From Gracilinanus agilis (lineage: Eukaryota), in the NCBI RefSeq assembly GCF_016433145.1, contig NC_058133.1:68605626-68669625 (forward strand): a DNA stretch of 64,000 bases. Direction: 5' to 3'. This document shows positions 13,600 to 24,085 of the stretch, piece by piece. The notes under the pieces are model-generated. The model had not been told where the DNA came from, did no database searches, and saw only the letters and a program-made list of their open reading frames with translations. The position numbers and the translations under genes were made by a program. How positions within the stretch are numbered: position 1 is the stretch's first letter; every line of letters starts with the position of its first letter.

Positions 13600-13870
13600 C
13601 AATATTATGCCATGACTAACTGTGAAAACTTGGCTGCTCTCAGCAATGCAATGATCTGGGACAATCCTGAAAGACATGATAGGGAATGCTTTCCACCTCT
13701 AGAGAAAGAATTAGAGTCAGATGGATGCAGGTCAAAGCATACTATCTTTCACATCAGTGTATTTATGGTTTTTTTGGGAGGGGGGTTTGGTTATGTAGAA
13801 GTGTGCTTTTACAACAGTGACCAATATGGAAGTGTGTTTTGCATGATAATAAAAATAAAATTTAAAGTAA
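13600..13870 (+). mobile_element. Old L1 3' fragment
   Basis: Resembles the marsupial L1 ORF2 end and 3' UTR, with an A-rich tail. Confidence 0.65.
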
Positions 13871-14080
13871 AGTTCCTTTCAGACACTTCTTGAGGGGCTG
13901 TGAGAAGAGGTACATAATTCACTAATGTTAGATCTGTGAATAGGTCTAGCTAGTTTAGGAAGCAGTTTGAAATTATGCTATGAAAATCACAAAAATATCC
14001 ATACATTTTGACCAAGAGCCTTGTAAGTATCAGCTTTTCCCTAGGAGACAGCCCAGGCTCTCATTAGTACCATTTTCTTT

Positions 14081-15864
14081 TTTCTTTTTTTTTTTAAATA
14101 ATTTTTTATTTTTAGAAAAAATTTCCCTGGTTACATAAATCATGTTTTTACTTTACCCTTCACTCCCCCCCCCAGACTCACCCCCCCCCCCAGTAGCTAA
14201 TTCGCATTTCCACTGGTGTGGTCAGTCAAGACTTATTTACATATTATTGAAGTTACATGGATGTGGTCTTTACAGGTCTATATCCCCAATCATGTTCTCA
14301 TCAACCCAAGTGTCCACACAGTTGTTTTTCTTCTGTGTTTCTACTCCTGCAGTTCTTCCTCTGAATGTGGATAGTGTTCCTTTCCATAAATCCCTCTGAA
14401 TTGTCCTGGGTCATTGCCTTGCTGCTAGTACAGAAGTCCATTACATTCAATTTTACCATAATATATCAGTCTCTGTGTACAATGTTCTTCTGGCTCTGCT
14501 CCTTTCACTCTGCATCAATTCCTGGAGGTCTTTCCAGTTCACATGGAATTCCACCAGTTTATTATTCCTTTGAGCTCAATAGTATTCCATCACCAACATA
14601 TACCACAATTTGTTCGGCCGTTCCCCAATCGAAGGGCATACCCTTGCTTTCCAGTTTTTTGCCACCACAAAGAGCACAGCTATAAATATTTTTGTGCAAG
14701 TCTGTTTATCTATGATCTCTTTGGGGTACAATCCCAACAATGGTATGGCTGGATCAAAGGGCAGCCATTCTTTTATCACTCTTTGGGCATAGTTCCAAAT
14801 TGCCCTCCAGAATGGTTGGATCAGTTCACAACTCCACCAGCAGTGCATTAACGTCCAATTTTGCCACATCCCCTCCAACATTCATTACTTTCCCCTGCTA
14901 TCATTTTAGCCAATCTGCTAGGTGTGAGGTGGTACCTCAGAGTTGTTTTGATTTGCATTTCTCTAATTATTAGAGATTTAGAACACTTTCTCATGTGCTT
15001 ATTGATACTTTTTATTTCTTTATCTGAAAATTGCCTATTCATGTCCCTTGCCCACTTATTAATTGGGGAATGGCTTGATTTTTTATACAATTGATTTAGC
15101 TCCTTGTATATTTGAGTAATTAGACCTCTGTCAGAATTTTTTAACAAATTAGGGAGGGCAGAGGTAAATGTATTGGGCATGCAACTTAAAAAACTAGAAA
15201 ATAAACAAATTAAAAATCCTCAGATGAAAACTAAATTAGAAATACTAAAAATCAAAGGAGAAATTAATAAAATTGAAAGTAAAAGAACTATTGAATTAAT
15301 AAATAAGACCAGAAGCTGGTATTTTGAAAAAACAGATAAAATAGACAAAGTAGTGGTTAATCTAATTAAAAAAAAAGAAGGAAGAAAACCGAATCATCAG
15401 TATCAAAGATGAAAAGGGAGACCTCACCTCTTATGAAGAGGAAATCAAGGCAATCATTAAAAACTATTTTGCCCAATTATATAGCAATAAATTTAACAAT
15501 CTAGGTGATATGGATGAATATTTGCAAAAATATAAATTGCCTAGATTAACAGCAGAAGAAATAGAATACTTAAATAATCCAATATCAGAAAAAGAAATTG
15601 AACAGGCCATTAAAGAACTCCCTAAGAAAAAATCGCCAGGGCCTGATGGATTCACAAGTGAATTCTATCAAACATTCAAAGAACAATTAATCCCAATACT
15701 ATACAAATTATTTGATATAATAAGCAAAGAAGGAATCTTATCAAACTCCTTTTATGACACAAATATGGTACTGATACCAAAGCCAGGCAGATCAAAAACA
15801 GAGAAAGAAAATTACAGACCAATCTCCTTAATGAACATAGATGCAAAAATCTTAAATAGAATAC
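14081..15864. mobile_element. 5'-inverted (twin-priming) L1 insertion
   Basis: Minus-strand ORF2 end, 3' UTR and poly(A) at 14081-15152, then a plus-strand ORF2 piece at 15153-15869 (...[21 protein letters not shown]). One TSD pair, ACCATTTTCTTT, at 14069-14080 and 15869-15880. Confidence 0.9.
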
Positions 15865-17074
15865 TAGCACCATTTTCTTTCATTGTGTGCTACAAATTCT
15901 CCTTTTCTTGACTTTTAGCCCCCCCCTTAAATACCCTTTAAAAGAGATTCAAACTATCTTCAATCCCCAAACACATTTTTCTTTTACATTTATCTCCTCA
16001 GGCAATCTTTTGCCTACATATCAATTTAAAATTAGAAAACACCCATCCATATTTACATTGGGTGTTCTTGTCTAAACCAAATAGAGGGAACAGAAAAAAG
16101 GCTTGTAATTAGAGAGAACTTTCTTTTATCACATGTATTAACTGTAATTTATTTTAAAATATATGTGGATTAGCCTACAGCTATCTTAGAGGTAACTTTT
16201 TCCCTTCCTGCACTGTCAGGGCAACTGAATCCTTTTAGCATTTTGGAAATGTCAAATTAATTGGATTCCCCAATTAATTTGACATTTCTCCAGAAGTTTG
16301 GCTTCCAAATCTCAAAGATGTTCAGGTTTAAGTTTTGTTCATTTTATGAGTATTTTCACAAGTGTTTATCATGGTGTGTCAGTTTATGGTTGTGAGATTG
16401 GTGCTTTGAACATATTACTTGACTATCAGCAGCTATTTATTTAGTAGGCAGCATTTATAATGCACTGTCATTGTAAATCTGCTTAGTGTGAATCAGAATT
16501 CAATGAGCTGGCATGCAATTAAATGACAGAATTACCTACTGATATTGTATTTTAACAGTGTGCTAATTCCCTACACAATTTTCAGCTGAGAAGCTAGAAA
16601 TGGACTGGACAAATTAACTTGAAAATTACTGATCATTTGCTAAAATAACCCAGGCTTGTCTAAACATATTTTGAAGGGTCTTTGGATGCGAAAGATGAGA
16701 GGCAATTGGTTCTCAGTAGTGGGTCATATTTTAATCCTCTCTTAACTTTGCAAATAAATATTAAAAATCATTTTCTGTTTTTCCTCTTCTTCTTAGGTAT
16801 ACAGGCAGTAAATTAGAATCAGTTCTCTTCACTCTCAATTCCATTGTTTGTGTAAGAACAATTTGTAAGACTGCTTTCATATTTAAAATGGAATATATAC
16901 TACATCCTATCAGGAGGTGATTCACTTTAAAAGGGACCTTGTTTTAATCATTCTTGTTTAAAATGAGAAGAGTTGATTTATAGAATGGAATCTTGATGAA
17001 TAATTATTTTTCCACCTTCACTGTATTCTCAGAGATATTTTTATTTAGCACAAAATTTTTATTTTAAATAGGGT

Positions 17075-18000
17075 GAATTCTCTCCCTCCTTATTTCTACC
17101 ATCTAGCCTCCCTGTCTTTCTTCAAGTATCATCAATATCACCAACTACCTATTTGACATTTCCAACTGGATATCTTAGAGATGTCTTAAACCCAATTTAG
17201 TCAAAACTGATTTTATTATCTTCCACCTATACTTGTCCTTATTCAAACTTCCCTATTTTGATGCAAAACATCACTATTATTCCAATCTCCCATGTTCCTA
17301 ACCATAGTGTTAATCTTGAATATTCACTTTCACACACTCCATATATCCATTTGGCTGCCAAATATTGTCATTTTTCTCCCTCTAACTTCCCTCATATTTA
17401 ATCCTTTCTATTTGCTGATGCAATCCACTTTAGTCCAGGCATTTATCATTAGACTAGTGATAGACTGTTACCAAGCATTTCTTATTCCATTCAATTCTTT
17501 ACACAGCTGCCAAAGTGATTTCCCTTAAGTGAAGATGTGACCCTGTCACTCTTCTCAATAAACTCCAGTGGCTCCCTAGTGCCTCTAGGATACAGTATAA
17601 ACTCTTTCCTTGACTGTTAAAGCCCTTCACAGCCCCATCCCTCATTTATCATCACTCTTCCTCCTGCACTCTGTGGGCCAAACTGATCTTCTCTCTGTTC
17701 TTCACACAAGGCATTTAATTTCCTGTCAGTGATCCTTTGCTGTTTCCCATGTATAGAATGTGTTCCCTCCCAACTTCTGCCTCATAGAAACCATCTCTTT
17801 ATTCAAGTTACAGTTCAAGAACCACCTTTTGCTTGGAGCTCTTGCTGTTTTCCTCAACCTCTAAGAGCCCTCTTCCTTATTACTTTAGATGATATATTTT
17901 TTTATTTAAGAAAATTAAATTTAAAAATCTCCATTGCTGGTACCTGGCATAGTGTCTGATATATAGTAGGTGTTTAACAAATGTTTACTGATTGATTGAA
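17075..18000 (+). mobile_element. L2 3' region
   Basis: L2 ORF2-end-like sequence and tail ...gcatagtgtctgatatatagtaggtgtttaacaaatg. Confidence 0.8.
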
Positions 18001-18499
18001 TTCACATGACCAGAATAAAATAGGAGAAATCTTTTCATGTCATTTAACACTGTGTCCCATAAGGACACAGGGCATCTGTAACTAGGACTACACATTTATA
18101 ATATCTGGATGTTACAAAGCCATGGGGGAGAAGTGGAAATTTGTTATGAAAATCAGTTGAAGTAAGAATTAATGATGTTCAGGCGGGATAAGAGAAGACT
18201 CACTGATAAAACAATGTTCAGGTTTTTTGAAAGGCTATCTTATGAAGAGGTTTTAGACTTTTCTGATTTGGTCTTAAAAGGTAAAAATAGGAACATTGAC
18301 TAGAAGTTTAAACTTCCATAATTTAGACTTAATACCATGAAGAATTTTCTTTTTTTTTCTTTTTTATATCCATAATGTGCTGACACCTCATTTCTTTCTT
18401 TTAAATTTCATTAATTATATATCTTACATATTTATATATTATGTTTATATATTTATAATTATATAATTAAGTATATAATTATATACTGCTAGCATCTTT

Positions 18500-19530
18500 T
18501 TTAAAAATTATTTTTAGAATTATTTTTTTTAATTGTGAGTTCCAAATGCTGTCTCTCCCTTCTGCCCCTCTCTTCCACGAGATGACAAGCAATATGATGT
18601 CAATTATACATGTGAAATAATTAACATTCATTTTTTAAATTCATGAGTTCTGAATTCTCTTCCTCCCCTCTTTCCCTCCCCAACCTATTAAGAAGGTAAG
18701 AACTCTAATATCAGTTATACATGAGAAATCATGAAATTTACATTAATCTATGTTGCAAAAAAAGACAAGAAAAATAAAGTGAAAAAAATTATGCTTTTAT
18801 CTGTACCAGATTCTATCAGTTCTCTTTCTGGAGGTGGATAGCATTTTTCATCCTAAATCCTTCAGAATTGTCTTGGAGTATTGTACTGATCAAAATAGCT
18901 AAGTCTTCACAGTTGGTTGTCAAACAGTATTGCTATTATTGTGTGAAGTGTTCTTCCAGGTCTGTTCACTCCATTTTGCATCAGATTATGTAAGTCTTCC
19001 CAGATTTTCCTGAAACCATCCAGCTTGTTATTTCCTATAGCACAATAATATGCCATCACAACTGTTAGTACAACTTATCCAGCCATTCCCTAATTAATGG
19101 GCATGCCCTCAATTTCCTTTTTCTTTGCCACCACTTTAAAATTTTTTGTGCATATAAGTGCTTTTCCTTTTTCTTTGATCTCTTTGAGATATGAACCTTG
19201 TTTTGGTATTTCTGGGCCAAAATGTATGCCCAGCTTAGAACCCTTTGACTATAGTTGTGAATAGTCTCCAGAATGGTTAGACCAGTTTACAACTCTACCA
19301 ACAACACATTAGTATTTCCAATTTTTCCACATTCCTTCCAACATTTGTCATTTTCCTTTTCTGTCATGTTAGCCATTCTGATAGTTATGAGGTCATGCCT
19401 CAGTTGTTTTAATTTTCATTTCTCTAATCAGTAGCAATTTAGAACATTTTTTCATATGACTAGAAATAGCTTTGATTTCTTCACCAGAAGATTGCCTGTT
19501 CATATCCTTTGACTGTTTATCAGTTTGAGA
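18500..19530 (-). mobile_element. Old L1 3' fragment(s)
   Basis: Reverse complement of a marsupial L1 ORF2 end and 3' UTR. Confidence 0.75.
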
Positions 19531-19534
19531 AATG

Positions 19535-19712
19535 AATTTTCTAATGCTAAAAGTCATCCCAAAATAGAATGGGCTGCCTCAGAAGGTTGAGACTTGTCTC
19601 TTGCTAGAGGTCTTCATGTAGATGTTGGAAGACCACTAGCTTAGATTACTTTAAGTTATGGGTTGCATTAGATGGTTGCCGATATCCCTTCCAACTCAGA
19701 GATTCTGTGATC
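19535..19712 (+). mobile_element. L3/CR1 3' tail
   Basis: Ends ...cccttccaactcagagattctgtgatc, typical of L3. Confidence 0.7.
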
Positions 19713-19997
19713 ATTGCATTTGGAAAGTATAAAAAGCATCAAAGATTCAAAGCTTTAGAGTTTAAAATTGCTAAACAAATAAGTTAACTGTGGCCTAGAA
19801 AAATTAAATGACTTGCCCACAATACCACTTTACTTCCATTGTCTCCAGTAATAAATTATATGACTCATAGTATTCATCCTACTTCTGTTTCTTTGATTCC
19901 TAGTTATGAGGAAATATACACATGTGTATGTGTGCTTATATACATATAAAAAGATATGTGTATATGCATGTGTGTATAGTGGGTATGTGTATGTGTA

Positions 19998-20397
19998 NNN
20001 NNNNNNNNNNNNNNNNNNNNNNNNNNNNNNNNNNNNNNNNNNNNNNNNNNNNNNNNNNNNNNNNNNNNNNNNNNNNNNNNNNNNNNNNNNNNNNNNNNNN
20101 NNNNNNNNNNNNNNNNNNNNNNNNNNNNNNNNNNNNNNNNNNNNNNNNNNNNNNNNNNNNNNNNNNNNNNNNNNNNNNNNNNNNNNNNNNNNNNNNNNNN
20201 NNNNNNNNNNNNNNNNNNNNNNNNNNNNNNNNNNNNNNNNNNNNNNNNNNNNNNNNNNNNNNNNNNNNNNNNNNNNNNNNNNNNNNNNNNNNNNNNNNNN
20301 NNNNNNNNNNNNNNNNNNNNNNNNNNNNNNNNNNNNNNNNNNNNNNNNNNNNNNNNNNNNNNNNNNNNNNNNNNNNNNNNNNNNNNNNNNNNNNNNN
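19998..20397. other. Assembly gap (400 N) flanked by TA/TG microsatellite
   Basis: N run. Confidence 1.
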
Positions 20398-20764
20398 ATA
20401 TATTATATTTATATTTATATTTATTTATATATTACAGTACAAATTGATGGCAATAAAAGGAAACCCACTGGGAAAGAAGGAACCAAATTATTTTTCCCTC
20501 ACTAATGAAAATAGTAGTACCCCATAGGAACAGAATTTTATCTTGTTCTTGAAATTGAAGTTGTGTTGTGCTCTCACTTGGCTAACAAAATGGTCATCCA
20601 GCCTCTTTTTGAAGATATTTGATGGGAAAGGAGCTCATGTCTGTGGTTAGTGTACAGTAAATTGAGAGCAGCATGGTACAGCAAAAAAAAATGTATTGGC
20701 TTTTGAAACAGAATCTCCATTGAAATCCTACTAATACTAGCTGTGTGACCGTGGACAAGTCACT

Positions 20765-21740
20765 TTTTTCATCTTTTGTGTCATGACACCTTTGGCAGTA
20801 TGGCAAAATCCTTCTCAAAATAATGCTTTTAAATCACAAGCTAAATTGCTGGTGGAGTTGTGAACTGATCCAACCATTCTGGAGGGCAATTTGGAACTAT
20901 GCTTAAAGGGCTTTAAAAGACTATCTGCCTTTTGATCCAGCCATACCATTGCTTGGATTATACGCCAAAGAAATAATAAGGAAAAAAAACTTGCACAAAA
21001 ATATTTATAGCCGTGCTCTTTGTGGTGGCAAAAAATTGAAAAATAAGAGAATGTCCTTTGATTGGGGAATGGCTGGACAAATTGTGGTATCTGTTGGTGA
21101 TGGAATACTATTGTGCTTGAAGGAATAAAGAACTGGAGGAATTCCATGTGAACTGGAATGACCTCCAGGAACTGATGCAGAGTGAAAGGAGCAGATCCAG
21201 AAGAACATTGTACACAGAGACTGATACACTGTGGTACAATCGAACATAATGGACTTCTCTACTAACAGCAATGCAAGGATCCAGAGCAAGGCTGAGGGAC
21301 TTATGAGAAAGAAAACCAGCCACATTCAGAGGAAGAACTGTGGGAGAAGAAACACAGAAGAAAAACAACTGCTTGAACACATGGGCTGTTGGAGATATTA
21401 TGGGGGATGTAGACACTAAATGATAACGCTAGTCCAACTATCAATAATATGGAATTAGGTCTTGATCAATGATACCTGTAAAACCCAGTGGAATTGTGCG
21501 TCGGCTAAGGGGGCTTTAGGGGGGGTTGGGGGAGAGGGAAAGAACATGAAATATGTAACTAGGAGAAAATATTCAAACTAAAAAAATGTCAAAAAATAAA
21601 TCACAAGCTAAAATACATAGGATTACAAAGGAAACCCAATTACAAAATTAAGTTATCAAATATTAAATTCATTCACAGGTCCCCCAAAATCTGTCAACGG
21701 GCATCTGTTGGATCCTTGATCTCTAGGTTCAGAGCCCATG
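20765..21740. mobile_element. hAT (Charlie-like) MITE split by an L1 insertion
   Basis: The flanks join into the same family as 11412-11620 (ctttggcagtatgg...aaaatacataggattacaaaggaaacc). Confidence 0.6.
20846..21597 (+). mobile_element. 5'-truncated L1 (ORF2 C-terminus and 3' UTR)
   Basis: 15-bp TSD AAATCACAAGCTAAA at 20831-20845 and 21598-21612, at a TTTT/AA site. Confidence 0.92.
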
Positions 21741-22779
21741 TCTTAGAGAACTCCTTTTCATTTTAAACCTATGATCATATGCTAATGTAGCCAATTTTTC
21801 AATAAAAATAGGCAATGTGGCATGGAAGAGAGTCCTAGATTTGTAATCAAAGGAACTGAATTTGAATCTCAGCAATTATTTACTCACTGATTTTTTGATC
21901 TTGAAAAATCCATTAATCTCTGCCAGCTTTATTTATCTCATCCATGAAATGATAAAATTGGACTTTAAGGTCCTTTTTAAGCTCTCAGTTCTAAAATCCT
22001 GTTGCATAGGGTTTTTTTTAATATAAATTATTGTGGTGGAGTATAGCCTAGATAACTATATAAACATTTGGTCTAAAATATTTTGTCTTCCTGAAAAAAG
22101 ATCAAAATGTTTGGTTTTCTAGTTTTTTTTCAGGAAAAAATAAGAGGGAAATAAAGACCTTTTAAATTCTATTTTTTGGTAGTTTAAATTTTTTTTCTCA
22201 GTTATTCTGTCCCTAAGAAATATAGTACAGGACCCTTAATGGCCACCTGCCCACTTTCTTCATCTTAGAGTTCTGATTTAAATTTTGTAATGAAGGAAAC
22301 TGAGGCTCAGTAGCTAAAATAACTTGTTCCAAGTTCCATTGTCTTAGATTGCATCATATAGAGAATACACTGAAGTGTTAAACTTAATTCATCTTATTGG
22401 GTCATGGGACCTGAACCAGTTGTCAGTTGTCATTTATGGCCAGTTTTCAAGAGTTGGCCTCTTACTTGCTGTTCAACTTAACCTGTGCCTCTAAGGAAAA
22501 TAAGATAGATAATATAAAATGAATTGAAGAACACTTGGATGTTCTACAGTGACTAGGTTGCAGATGACAATACTATAGAGATGATGCCTATTTAATATTA
22601 TTCTCAATCACAAATGAATTTTCCCAGTGAATATGAAAATGAGATTTTAGATGAAAAATTGGGATTTTGATTATCAGAGGTCCCTCATCTCAGAGGGTCC
22701 ATATTAATCTGAGAAGCCCAACTTTAATATTTTCCAAGTGTTTGCATTTCCAGTAACAGCCTTGTCATATCCAAGATGT

Positions 22780-23600
22780 TTGCCTTTTGGAAATTCTGTA
22801 TGCTCATAAAATCAGTCGGGTACTTGCGACCAGACTTTCCAATATGCCGAAAGGCTGGGGAACGTCCTAGCACTGCAAAATATCATTAGCGTTATACAAA
22901 CAGTTCAGACACAGGGTGTGTCATCCCTGCTTCTTGGAGGTTTAGTCCTTGGTCTTCCCTCGACGCTCCATCGTTCGCCCTTGCGCCACCCCTCCAGTTC
23001 CCTCAGCGATCGGGCAGGGACCAGAGCATCCTGCTAGCAATGCCCGGCATTATCTTGGAGCTTTATTCTCGTTATTAGAAAGCAGGAGGGAAGAAAGGTC
23101 AGGCTTTTCGCTGGCAGGCCGGCTGCTTTTTTCACTCGACAATCACATGCTAAGAGGAGCTAGTTCATCTGTCTGCGGACTTGGGCTTCCACAGCAGAAG
23201 CTGTCAGACTACCATTGATTGAAGGTGGATGGGGAGGGGGAGAAGCGCATCTGTCCAATGGCTGGCTCGCCATTGGCTTCTTATTACAGCATTCTCCCCT
23301 GAGACACACCCTGCATGCTTATTCACCTCCCTCCTCCTCCCTCCCCTTCTTTTCCTACCCCTTCATTACTGATTCACTGCGAGAGGCAGCAGCAGCGGTG
23401 GTGGCAGCAGCAGCAGAAGCGGCAGCCCTGCTTGTCACGAATCAGAGATTGCAATGAGCTCATCCTTTTCTCCTTGCAGCCTCACAACTGCCCTCGCTTC
23501 CCGGCTCCTGCCGCTGCTGTCTGCTCACTTATACACAAACACACACGCACACACACTCACACCCGAGACCCTGCTACGGGTGGTGGTAACCTTTTCTTTC
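22780..23600 (+). promoter_or_regulatory. RABGAP1L: Internal CpG-rich promoter / 5' UTR of the short RABGAP1L isoform
   Basis: Local CpG enrichment in a CpG-depleted background. CCAAT at 23255 and ATTGG at 23272, G-rich tract at 23226-23240, GCA-rich repeat at about 23385-23426. Repeat-free and directly upstream of the exon at 23918. Confidence 0.75.
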
Positions 23601-23917
23601 TTTTTTTCATCTGAACTCTTGGGCACTCACTCTTGGCTGTATTCTTAGCTTCACTGTTTTGTATTCAAATCAACGTTTGCTTTTTGTTTTGCTTTGCCAA
23701 GCTACTTCAGGGGCTCTGGAATAGTGGGTGGTTGGCTTTCATGGTAGCTAGTCAAAATGCTCTTCTCTAGACGTTAGCTGGCAATTCCCACCCCACTCAG
23801 GCGTGTACGCCATCCTCGAGGGGAGACCTCAGACCAGCTCCCCTTCCTCTGTAGTTCTTCAAATTGTGGCTAGAAAGACCAAGTCTTCTCATTCTGGATA
23901 CTTACCTCTTACTGCTC

Positions 23918-24085
23918 ATGGAAGAAGGGGTGCCCTGCCCAACCCCAGCTACTAAGCTCACACCTCCTGTCAAAAAGTCCCAGGACATGCACGACGAAAG
24001 GAGCAAGCTGGTGAATGAGTACGCATGCCGAGTGCTGGAACTTCTGGGGATGGGGCATCGCCTGTTTGTGCCACGGCTTCTGGCG
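23918..24085 (+). CDS. RABGAP1L: RABGAP1L alternative first coding exon (56 aa, MEEGVPCPTPATKLTPPVKKSQDMHDERSKLVNEYACRVLELLGMGHRLFVPRLLA)
   Basis: ATG at 23918, open frame to a GCG|GTGAGA donor at 24086, phase 0, matching the phase-0 acceptor at 34178. In-frame stop upstream at 23852. It lies just downstream of a CpG/CCAAT promoter. The peptide matches my recollection of a mammalian RABGAP1L short-isoform N-terminus (needs confirmation by search). Confidence 0.88.

Noticed and set aside
15510-15911. 133-aa RT-like ORF as a host gene
   Set aside because: It is the inverted L1 ORF2 fragment, frameshifted and truncated.
19906-20527. Long ORFs of 199-201 aa
   Set aside because: They span an N gap and TA/TG microsatellite, so they are artefacts.
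22949-23648. Overlapping ORFs in the promoter (poly-Ala/Gln-like)
   Set aside because: Explained by GC-rich promoter/UTR sequence and the GCA repeat. No homology recognised. Only the ATG-initiated one is kept, as a uORF.
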